Positions 21,718 through 30,872 of a DNA stretch of 44,930 nt are shown piece after piece. The notes beneath the pieces were generated by a model that was given only the letters and a program-made list of their open reading frames with translations, did no database searches and was not told where the DNA came from. The stretch comes from Nitrospirota bacterium (GTDB taxonomy: Bacteria; Nitrospirota; JACRHJ01). Positions within the stretch are counted from its first letter, which is position 1. Each line of letters begins with the position of its first letter. The stretch is from the NCBI GenBank assembly GCA_963733375.1, contig CAVTDB010000015.1, positions 1 to 44,930 of the forward strand, given 5' to 3'. The position numbers were made by a program, and so were the translations under genes.

Positions 21718-22022
21718 CCGGCGTCTTTCTTTTCTTCTATCTCCGTTATTTTAATCCCGTCTTTAAAAAGAAAAGACTTCATTTCCTTCGCGAAAGCGGG
21801 GTCGTTTCGCCGCACCCACTCAAGGAGCATCGCCGCGTGTTCCTTCTCCTCGTCCCGGTTATGGGCGAGGATACTCTTAAGTTCCTCGTCCTCCGTCGCG
21901 TCCACCCGCTGCTGGTACCAGTCTATCGCTTCCAGTTCCTCCACTATCGACCGAAGCGCCCTGTGTAGCTCTTTTGTCTTGCCGGTCAGCTTATCTTCGT
22001 TTTCATGCAACAGGTATGGCAT
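21714..22022 (-). CDS. encapsulin-associated-type ferritin-like protein (EncFtn/Flp family)
   Basis: HRALRSIVEELEAIDWYQQR...HNRDEEKEHAAMLLEWVRR. Confidence 0.88.
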   Translation of the reverse strand: MPYLLHENEDKLTGKTKELHRALRSIVEELEAIDWYQQRVDATEDEELKSILAHNRDEEKEHAAMLLEWVRRNDPAFAKEMKSFLFKDGIKITEIEEKKDAG

Positions 22023-22111
22023 GTGAGGGGGCCTCCTTTTCCTTTCAATTATAGCAGACGCTATGCCGGATTATTGTTTTTATTGAGGTAAGGTGTTATT
22101 ATCCGGCTTAT

Positions 22112-23379
22112 ATGGAACAGCTTCTGGAAATAATAAAAGAAGAAATCCGGACGGAGGGAAGGATAACCTTCGAGCGCTACGTGGAACTTGCGCTCTATCA
22201 TCCCCGGTACGGCTACTACTCGTCCGGGGCGGCCTCCATTGGCAAGAACGGGCGATTTCTATACCTCCTCGCAGGCCACCCGCATGTACGGGACGCTGAT
22301 GGCCGAAGTCTATGTAAAGCTCGCGGGGAAGTCAGGGCCGGATTTTGTTGAGATGGGTGCGGGAGAGGGGCTGTTCGCGGCCGATTTCCTGCGCGCGCTT
22401 TCTAAGTCCCATCCCCTCGAATATGGAAGATGCCGGTATTTTATAGTGGAGAGCGCAAAGGGCATGGCGGCAAGACAGAAGGATGCGCTTTCAGATTTTA
22501 GTGACAAAGTTACCTGGACCGAGGACTTAGACGGCCTGCCCGATATAGAGGGAATATTTTTTTCAAACGAACTGGTCGATGCGTTCCCTTTCCACAGGGT
22601 TAAACAGGGTCCGGACGGGCTGTCCGAAATTTACGTGTGCCTGCAAGGGGGGTCAGAGTGGACAAGCGGGGCAAGCTGGGCAGGGGACGCAACGGGGGCC
22701 GGATGAGAAACTGGCCTTTGTGACCGGGCCGCTCTCCACGAAGGCACTGGCGAAGCATTTCAACCGGCTGATGCCGAGGCTGCCGGCGGGGATGATAACC
22801 GAGGCGAACCTCAGGGTTTCCGAGTGGATGGGCAAGGTCGGCGGGAAGCTGAAGAAAGGTTTTGTTATCACGGTGGATTACGGGTATACCGCGGAGCAAT
22901 ATTACTCCCCCTCAAAGATGAACGGCACCGCGCTCTGCCATTACAGGCATTCAACCAACGAAGACTTTTTCGAGCGGGTCGGGGAGCAGGATATTACCGC
23001 GCACGTTGACTTTACCGCCGTCAGCCTCGAAGGGGAAAACAGCGGCCTCGCCCCGGAGCTTTTCTGTGATCAGGGACAGTTCCTCATGGAAACGCTGCCG
23101 TGGTTCGAGGACTCAGCCAGGCGTACAAATGCGTCTTTGGATGAGCTTATAGAGGCGGGGCAGGGAATAAAAACATTGCTCCACCCGGAATGGCTGGGAG
23201 GGGCGTTCAAGGTCCTGGTCCAGTCAAAGGAGTGTTCCCTGGACGGATTATTCGGGAGGATACGGAACAGGGTGGACAGCCTGCTGAAGCCCCTGAAGTT
23301 AAGCGGACTACGGCCTGCGAAGTTTATCTGCTCGCCCGGTAATATATGGATGCCGCGCCGGCGAGGGATTTTCCTTTGA
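22112..23379 (+). CDS. MidA/NDUFAF7-family SAM-dependent methyltransferase (frameshifted)
   Basis: ITFERYVELALYHPRYGYY, GDFYTS, EMGAGEG, SNELVDAFP, DYG, QDITAHVDF. Confidence 0.88.
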
Positions 23380-24076
23380 AATCCAGGCGGTGCGACCACT
23401 TGACCTGCCTGAGCCCGGCCATCTCCAGAAGGTTCAGCATCTCCGGTATCTTAAAGCAGTTGACCTCGAAAGCCTGGTCGTAGTTCTCCTTTACGAAATG
23501 TCCCTTCATCAGGACGGTCCCTTTATCTTCCAGAAGCTCCCGCTCCCAGATGACCGATATCTCGCCGGAGGCGTCCCGCACTATGATATTTTTGAAGAAG
23601 GGCTGAGACCAGTAGACCGCGTTGAAGACGAATGCGCCTCGCGGGGCAAGGAGCCTGCGGACCCTGTCGAAGACCACCACCAGCTGGCTTCTTTTGAGCT
23701 GGGATACCGTGTTGCCGAGACTTATGACAAGGTTCTGGATCCCGTAAGGCACCAGGCTGTCGTTCTCTATGTCGGAGAGGTGGAACTCCACGTTTGGAAT
23801 CGCCGCCGCTTTTTCTTTAGCGGCGTTAAGCGCGGCTTCCGTCCGGGCCAGGCCGGTCACGGTAAAGCCGTTCCGGGCAAGGGCAATGGAATGAAGGCCC
23901 GGCCCGCATCCCAGTTCCAGAACGCGGCCCCCCCCGGGCGGCCGGCCGGCCGCTTCCCAGGTTTTTTTATACCAGAAAAGGATTTGCTCTACTTCGGCCT
24001 TTTCTTCTCCGTTCGAGTGATGGGTCTGCTCGAAAAGGTCCACCCGTTCCCTGTTTATTTTCAAAGACTCAGCCAT
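23324..24076 (-). CDS. class I SAM-dependent methyltransferase
   Basis: VLELGCGPG, RRLLAPRGAFVF. Confidence 0.85.
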   Translation of the reverse strand: MAESLKINRERVDLFEQTHHSNGEEKAEVEQILFWYKKTWEAAGRPPGGGRVLELGCGPGLHSIALARNGFTVTGLARTEAALNAAKEKAAAIPNVEFHLSDIENDSLVPYGIQNLVISLGNTVSQLKRSQLVVVFDRVRRLLAPRGAFVFNAVYWSQPFFKNIIVRDASGEISVIWERELLEDKGTVLMKGHFVKENYDQAFEVNCFKIPEMLNLLEMAGLRQVKWSHRLDFKGKSLAGAASIYYRASR

Positions 24077-24088
24077 ATACCCCTCTTT

Positions 24089-24196
24089 AAACCGTTACTT
24101 TTCTTTCGCGAGAAAGAAAAGTAACCAAAAGAAAGCGGGACATAAAAACAGTTTAAAAGTTTTTGGTGTTACCTTTTTCCAAAAAGGTAACGGTTT
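24089..24196 (-). repeat. double-hairpin intergenic element, copy 5
   Basis: AAACCGTTACTTTTCTTTC...GAAAGAAAAGTAAC ... GTTACCTTTTTCCAAAAAGGTAACGGTTT. Confidence 0.95.
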
Positions 24197-24206
24197 TCCC
24201 GCCATC

Positions 24207-24989
24207 TTAAGCCGCGGCCCGGTAGCCCCATTTCATGAAATGGTCTTCCGTCCCTATCTCTCCCGACAACTCGTCCGACTGTTCCGACGCCAGAAAAACC
24301 GCCAGCTTCGCTACCTCGGACGGCTGCTTTAACTGGCCGGATTTTTTAAGGCCCCAGAAAACCCGGTATGCGTCCGGTCCCAGCACGTTCATGTCCAGCT
24401 TACGGATGTCGTCGTGCATCCTGGTGTCCACGGAGCCCGGGTCCATCCCGTAAACTTTAATATTATACGGTTCTAGCTCCCGCGCCAGCGCCTTCGTCAG
24501 CGCGTTCAGCCCCGATTTAGATATGCTGTAGGCGCCCAGACGCGGAATAACGAAGTCAGCCAGGCCTGAAGTAATGTTTATTATCTTGCCGTAGCGTTTT
24601 TTAATCATCCCCGGGATGCACGCCTTCGACACGAGCCATGCGCCGGTAAGGTTAATATCCATGCAGCGGTGGAACTCGGGGTCGGGAATATCCTTCATGG
24701 GGGCTATGGGGCCGGTTATCCCTGCGTTATTCACCAGTATGGAAGGCGGGCCGAACTTCATCTCCACCGCACGGTAGAGGTTCTTTACGTCCCCCGGGTC
24801 GGACACGTCCGCTTTTATCGCGATGGCTTGCCCGCCCTTGTCCGCAATAATGGAAACCGTATCTTCCAGTTCCTCCCTGGTCCTGGAAGCAACCGCCACT
24901 TTCGCGCCAGCCTCAGCCAAGGCTATGGCAATTGCGCGCCCAAGACCCCGCCCGCCGCCGGTTACGACAGCAATCCGCCTTTTGAGCAC
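24207..24989 (-). CDS. short-chain dehydrogenase/reductase
   Basis: TGGGRGLG, NNAG, YSISK; GAGGAGG RBS before GTG. Confidence 0.92.
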   Translation of the reverse strand: MLKRRIAVVTGGGRGLGRAIAIALAEAGAKVAVASRTREELEDTVSIIADKGGQAIAIKADVSDPGDVKNLYRAVEMKFGPPSILVNNAGITGPIAPMKDIPDPEFHRCMDINLTGAWLVSKACIPGMIKKRYGKIINITSGLADFVIPRLGAYSISKSGLNALTKALARELEPYNIKVYGMDPGSVDTRMHDDIRKLDMNVLGPDAYRVFWGLKKSGQLKQPSEVAKLAVFLASEQSDELSGEIGTEDHFMKWGYRAAA

Positions 24990-25107
24990 GCGCACCTCCT
25001 CTTCGGCTGATGAAAATGGGAAAAAAGGGGACCGCAGAAAGTTCCCCCCATTCAAATAATAATCGAGCGGGGGCGACTTGTCAAAAAAGGGGGGAAAAGG
25101 GGGGAAT

Positions 25108-26203
25108 TTATTTAATCTCGATTTCGGCTTCGGAAACTTTTACCGGCTCCGCGCTCTTTGCCGGTATCCCTAACTTCGCGGCCGCGGCGGGGGTAACCAG
25201 CCGGTAATAAAGGGCGGCCTTAGCCTTCGCCGCACCTTTCGGCAGGTCGTATGTCAGCGCCCGCTCCTCGTGGTCTTTTATCCTTGAATCAAGCGCCTCT
25301 TTCGCCTCCCAGGTCGGCACGCCGACCTTGCCGTCCGCGCTGAATACGCGCATGAACAGGTCTTTCTGGCCGGCCGCGGGGGCGGGGCTCTCGAAGAGGG
25401 GCTTTCCCTCTTTATCGAGGACTACAACTTTCAGATATGCCGCACGCATCGGGTTCGTGGACGGGAAGAAGTGCGGGTTATCGTTTTTGATGATTACTAT
25501 CAGCTTCCCCATCTCCGCACCCAGGGAAAGGGATATCCCTTTCTTCAGCATCTCTTTATCATGTCCGCCCGGGAAAAAGTGGGAGTAGTGCGAGCTTTTA
25601 GCCGAGCCTTCGGCGGGCGGGCCCGCTTTTTCTTCCATGTGGCACTTGACGCAGTTTGAGTATCCTTCCAGGTCCGCGCTGCATATTACCGTCCCTTTGC
25701 CGTTTACCATCTTGCCGTGGCAGCCAAGGCACATCATGAACGGCTGAGCGAACGACCACTGGCTTACCTTGTGCGGCGCCTCTTGCGCCGAAGGAGCGGT
25801 TATGGTGGTGGCGAGGTTGTAGGTGTTGAACATTTTCCCTTCCGAAACGCCCTCGACGCCGTGGCAGAACGTGCAGGGTATGCCTGGCATTGGCGAATAG
25901 GTCGTTTGCCATGGCTTCCGACGCGGGGTTATGACAGCTTGCGCAGAAATAGGGCGCTTTTTTGCCCGTTTTGGCCATAGCCTGGGAAAATGCGGAGAAG
26001 ACGGCGTTGTGGGCGGGATCGGAGGCCCTGGACGACTGCGCGTGCATGGACGCGCCCCACTCGTCATAGATGGTCTTATGGCACGGGGCGCAAGAGGCCG
26101 AATCCGCAAAACCCTTGAATCCCGCCGGGTACTGGTGCGCAAATGCCCCGGAAGGCAGGATTGCCAGAAAAATAAAAGCCAACAGGATTTTGCCCGCCCT
26201 CAT
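25108..26203 (-). CDS. exported multiheme (5 CXXCH) cytochrome c (frameshifted)
   Basis: Signal peptide; CAPCH, CASCH, CTFCH, CLGCH, CVKCH; SHFFPGGH. Confidence 0.88.
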
Positions 26204-26479
26204 CCTTCGGTCTCCTCCTCAGCCTGTATCTTTACCTGGTCGCCGGGGCGGACCATCTCCTTGAACTCGGGCATGACCTCCGCCGCGAGCGCGTAGTAGC
26301 TGCGCTGGTTCTTGATGAACCTGTCGGAGGTCTCGTCGTAGACCTTGTCGAAGAGGGTCGAGCCGCATGTCGGGCAGGTGATAACCGCATGGCCCCTCTC
26401 GTCATAAGCAGAGATAGGACATGACGTGCGCTCCGCAGAGCCTGCACGGTGTTATAATAAGTTCCGGGCATGTAGTCAT
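26200..26479 (-). CDS. small zinc-ribbon-like protein (one frameshift; missed by the ORF track)
   Basis: Reconstructed MTTCPELIITPCRLCGAHVMSYLC/YDERGHAVITCPTCGSTLFDKVY...EEETEG; its TGA overlaps the cytochrome ATG (ATGA). Confidence 0.6.
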
Positions 26480-26577
26480 AACTTGAAGTCTATCACGAAA
26501 AAAAATCAGGTTCAACGACAAATAATCTTTCTTGCCATATAAAAATGTGGTATTTGATAGATAACCATGGTTGAACA

Positions 26578-27920
26578 ATGAATAATTTTTCTCCTGATTT
26601 CACATTCTGGGCGGCGGTGATTGTTTTCGCCGTCACTTACGGCCTCATTATCACGGAGCTCGTGGACAGTACCGCCGCCTCGATCTTCGGCGCGGTACTC
26701 ATGCTTGCCCTGGGGGTGCTGGGGCAGGACGAGGCGTTCCATGTCCGGGAACTGGGGGTGGACTGGAACGTGATATTCCTGCTGGTCTCGATGATGGCGC
26801 TTATCGCGATGATGAAGCCCTCCGGGATATTCGAGTACGTGGCGATAAGGAGCGCGAAACTGGGCCGGGGCGACCCCGCGAAGATACTATATATTCTTGC
26901 CGTCCTGACGGCGCTTGCCAGCTCGCTCCTGGATAACATTACGACTGTACTCCTCCTGATCCCGGTAACCATGTTTATCGCGGATGCTTTGGAAGCGGAC
27001 GCAATCCCTTTTCTGCTGACCGAGGCGTTCGCATCCAATATCGGCGGGACCGCGACCCTCATCGGAGACCCGCCCAACATCATGATCGCCTCAAGGGCCG
27101 GCCTTTCGTTCATGGATTTTTTATACAACCTCGCCCCGGCGGTAATCGTGATAATGGCCGGGTTCCTGCTCGTGATAAAGGTCATCTTCGGCAGGGGCCT
27201 GCACGCATCGGAAGATGTGCGGGCGCGGATTATGGCGATGGACGAGCCGCGGGGCCATAAAGGACAAGGCGCTGGCGATAAAATCTGTACTCGTGCTGGC
27301 CCTGGTGCTGCTGGGGTTTATTTTTCAGGGGAAGCTGGGGTATGAGCCCGCGACGGTCGCGCTATTCGGGGCGGGGCTTCTCCTGCTAATCACGGGGAAG
27401 CGGGATATGCACAAGCTCCTTTCCGGGATTGAGTGGCCGACGATATTTTTCTTCATCGGGCTCTTTATTATCGTGGGCGGGGCGGTAAAGGTAGGGTTTA
27501 TAAAATGGCTCTCCAGCGAAATGCTGCACGCCACCGGAGCTAATATGTTAAAGGCCTCGATGCTCGTGATGTGGTTTTCGGCGGGGATTTCCGCGTTCAT
27601 CAATAACATCCCGTTTGTGGCCGCAATGAACCCGCTTAGTCGAGGATATGGCAAAGCAGCTCCTGCCCGGCGCGGCGGTGCACGAGGCGGTAAGGAACCC
27701 ACTTATAATGCCGGTATGGTGGTCGCTCGCGCTTGGGGCTTGCCTGGGCGGGAACGGCACGGCGATAGGCGCGTCCGCCAACGTCATAGTCTTCGACATA
27801 TCGAAAAGACATAGAAAAAAGATAAGCTTCCTTCGGTTCATGCTGTACGGGATGCCGGTGACGTTGATGTCGGTAGGGATAGCGGCGCTGTATGTGTGGG
27901 TGAGGTATTTCGTATTTTAG
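26578..27920 (+). CDS. ArsB/NhaD/CitMHS family ion transporter (frameshifted)
   Basis: LDNITTVLL, SNIGGTATLIGDPPNIMI, INNIPFVA, LGGNGTAIGASANV. Confidence 0.92.
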
Positions 27921-27943
27921 CGGAACGCATCGACAGCTGTTTA

Positions 27944-27959
27944 TTTTCCACGTGGAACG
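27944..27959. other. parS-like palindrome
   Basis: TTTTCCACGTGGAACG is 14/16 to TGTTCCACGTGGAACA. Confidence 0.4.
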
Positions 27960-27996
27960 TTGAAAATCAGTTCAGGCCGCGTGAAAACACCTTTAA

Positions 27997-28277
27997 TTTT
28001 CAGTGACTTGTAAATTGGGCAACACGATTTTCCACGCCGCAAAAATTGGCCGCAAAGTGGGCGTAACCATATGTAAAACAAGGGTAAAAATACCGCCGGC
28101 CCATTAAAAACAGACGCCTCCAAAACCCATCCCGGACCCCCCAAAATCGCCGCATTTGCCCTGAAGACCCCCCATGAATTCGATACCGCATGAAATTCGT
28201 TGATTTTTCCATTTATATATGGATAAATGTTGACGGACGATTACTTGGCCGATTAAGCAGGAATAGCTATTAAAAGC
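27997..28277 (+). repeat. ~280-bp six-block element, copy B
   Basis: Colinear inverted homolog of 9837-10105. Confidence 0.85.
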
Positions 28278-28290
28278 CGGGAGGAAAGTT

Positions 28291-28893
28291 TTGCAAATAA
28301 CGCGCAACAAACCCGATGACAGCAAATTCAATCAAGAAGCTTTATTGCCATACGAACTGAGGCTGAACGACTTCGAAATGGCAATGCAAGATGTATATGA
28401 CTTCTTTTATGATGTGAATTTATTTTTAACTAAGAAGGGACTTTTAAGGCTGGATGACATGCTCCGTCCCGCAATCATGTCCGGCATGTTATCGGATATG
28501 CTTACCGCGAGTCTCGCTAAACATTCTCGGGTACTGAAAGAAAATAAATTTTTTAATGGTCATCCGGACCTCGTAGTACAGGGTATATATCCCGACAACT
28601 CAGTCAAGGCCGGGACGGAGGGTGTTGAAATAAAAAGTACGCGTAAGGCGGGTGGCGCTGTTGACACTCATGGCGCGAGAGATCAGTGGATGTGCGTCTT
28701 CGTCTATGATATTGACTGCGCGACCGAACCTGCCGGAAACAGAAAGCCAATGGCGTTCACGGAAATATATCTCGGTAAAGTAACCATTGAAGATTTCAGG
28801 CGCAATCCCCGAGGCGAACTCGGCACAAGGACAGCCACTCTTCATCGTGAAGGGATTATAAAACTTCGCCAGAACTGGATATATCGGATTTAG
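28291..28893 (+). CDS. putative type II restriction endonuclease (PD-(D/E)XK)
   Basis: HPDL...VEIKST motif; convergent and overlapping with a DNA methyltransferase; GGAGG RBS before TTG. Confidence 0.65.
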   Translation: MQITRNKPDDSKFNQEALLPYELRLNDFEMAMQDVYDFFYDVNLFLTKKGLLRLDDMLRPAIMSGMLSDMLTASLAKHSRVLKENKFFNGHPDLVVQGIYPDNSVKAGTEGVEIKSTRKAGGAVDTHGARDQWMCVFVYDIDCATEPAGNRKPMAFTEIYLGKVTIEDFRRNPRGELGTRTATLHREGIIKLRQNWIYRI

Positions 28894-30032
28894 CGTTTGA
28901 TTTGAAATCCGTAAGTTTAGGAATTGCAGTACGCGCAATATCGAAATAGTGACGGTCTTTTTCGATGCCGATACTTTGATAACCTATAGCTTCTGCGGCT
29001 GCAAGAGTTGACCCGGCCCCGGCAAACGGGTCGAGTATGACTCCCTCTCCCAGCGGGAGGACGCCGCGTATAACTTGCCGCAGAAAGGCCTGCGGCTTAA
29101 GGCTTGGATGTGGCGCAAGGGCGCGTTCGTTTTTTCGGGTAGGCGCGGACTGTATTACGTCACCGAAAGGCTTGTCCGCAGATGGTCGGCGAAATCCGCC
29201 TGTGTGCCATTTTCTAAGGTTATCTTGAACTCTTCCTTCCAGAGGTTTTCGGAATAATATCCAAGGCTCCCACATTGAGCGCGGCATTACGCTTATTTCC
29301 CCAAATTCCGTGTGAGCATCTTTCGGGCGATCCCCTCCCCGCATAGTCATTACGAGGCGGATAATCTCTCCGCGCCGCTCCAGCCCGGCCTCCGCCAAAG
29401 CATTAGAAAGGATATGTGAAAGAAGGGGATTGGATGCCACAACTACGTTTGCGCCGGGAACGAGTTTCGGTAGTAGAAGCCGTGACCACACAAAGAAAAA
29501 GGCGCTCAATTGTGCACGCTGGTCATCTGAGAGGGTGGTGAACCTGGGAAGCGGAGAACCTCGTGTGACCATCAAAAGATGGAGGAATACGCCACACTCC
29601 GCCCTTCCCGTTGCGCAATTTTAACTGTTGGCCGGGCGTATATTCATGAAGTCCGTAAGGAGGATCCGTTACCACCGCATGTATGCTGTTATCCTGCCTC
29701 TTCTCAATCCAGTCAAAACAATCCCCATGGTATAGAATTGTTTTCCCCATTGTAAACGTCCGACCGTATTCAGGTGTATATGAGAATTTGCGGTGCGTAC
29801 CCCCAGCATCTTGTTGCCGGGCACGATATACGCCGCGGTTTTCTCTGATAAAAAGCGAGGGGGTATTGAGACGGAGGTAAGACCGGACGGATGAAGCAGG
29901 GGTGGGCCCCATTACCTTGCTTATTCTTTCTTCAATTTGTTTGATGGAAAGCGCTTCGGAAGTCAGTGACAGTATTTGGAGGATAGCATCTCGCACGCGT
30001 CCGGGAGCATATCTTTTTTCGATTTCTTCCAT
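28856..30032 (-). CDS. beta-class N4/N6 DNA methyltransferase with N-terminal HTH-like domain (one frameshift near 29570)
   Basis: HGDC...VVTDPPY precedes HPSLKP and ILDPFAGAGST; the N-terminus VRDAILQILS...SIKQIEERI...SSVRSYL looks like a winged helix. Confidence 0.88.
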
Positions 30033-30039
30033 AGAAGAG

Positions 30040-30069
30040 AATATAGAACGTCCAGACGTCAAATGTCAA
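30040..30069 (-). promoter_or_regulatory. methyltransferase promoter (leaderless) with an inverted-repeat operator in the spacer
   Basis: TTGACA-18 nt-TATATT-7 nt-ATG; ACGTC-N2-GACGT at 30048-30059. Confidence 0.6.
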
Positions 30070-30140
30070 GGACTATGTTATGCAAGGTGAAATTAACAGT
30101 AACTACACTGTGACCGCGCCCTTTTAAATCTTTCAAGCCG

Positions 30141-30872
30141 CTATAATTTCATCTTTTTGAAGAGCCTCTCCGGGATATTCCTGATTACCAACATTATCCA
30201 TCTCCAAAACCATTTCGTGTAAACAACATCCTTCCTGTTCTTCCATGACTTATAAATGGTTTCCGCGATTTCTTCCGGTTGCGCGGTCAGCAGTGGCGGC
30301 AGGCCCATCCCTTCGGTCATCTTTGTATCTACAAAGCCGGGCTTTACGGTTATTACCTGAATATTTGACTTCGAGAGCCTGTTTCTGAGTCCTGAGAGAT
30401 AAACGCTGAAAGCCGCCTTTGCGCTTCCATAATAATAATTGCTCTGCCTTCCCCTGTCGCCCGCCACGGAACTTATCCCGACGATAAAGCCTTCCCGTCT
30501 TTTCTCGAAGTCACTCGCAATGATACTCAGGATTGAAACGCAGCCTGAATAATTGGTCCTTATTATTTTATCGGCCTCGTCGAAATCCAGTTCGGCCTTT
30601 CTTTGATCGCCTAAATACCCGACCGAGCAGATGACACCGAGCGGCTTTTCCTTTAGGCCGTCATAAAAACCCTGGTGGCTTTTATAGTCCAATGCGTCGA
30701 ATTCCACCGCCCGCGCTTTAATGTTATACCGTATTTCGATGTCTTTGAGGTCGCGCTCAAAACCTTCGTGATGTCGTGCCGCCAGGTAGATATTAAAGCC
30801 GTTTTGCGCAAACTTGTGCGCAATAGCCCTTGCTATGTCCGACCTTGCGCCGAGTATGAGAAGCCAGTGCAT
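30141..30872 (-). CDS. DprE2-like SDR (polyprenylphospho-keto-pentose reductase)
   Basis: ILGARSDIA, SSVAGDRGRQSNYYYGSAKA, VKPGFVDTKMT; directly follows the DprE1-like gene. Confidence 0.85.
   Translation of the reverse strand: MHWLLILGARSDIARAIAHKFAQNGFNIYLAARHHEGFERDLKDIEIRYNIKARAVEFDALDYKSHQGFYDGLKEKPLGVICSVGYLGDQRKAELDFDEADKIIRTNYSGCVSILSIIASDFEKRREGFIVGISSVAGDRGRQSNYYYGSAKAAFSVYLSGLRNRLSKSNIQVITVKPGFVDTKMTEGMGLPPLLTAQPEEIAETIYKSWKNRKDVVYTKWFWRWIMLVIRNIPERLFKKMKL

Noticed and set aside
28224-28277. Distal blocks of the six-block element read as a receiver-domain remnant (DDYLA..IKQE-LLKA / VKQEELLRAIK)
   Set aside because: Needs frame changes and stops in both copies and lacks the KP motif; kept only as an alternative explanation
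30110-30135. Possible direct repeats flanking the glycosylation operon (GTGACCGCGCCC versus GTGACCTGCCCC at 34944)
   Set aside because: Only 9/12 identity; too weak to call att sites
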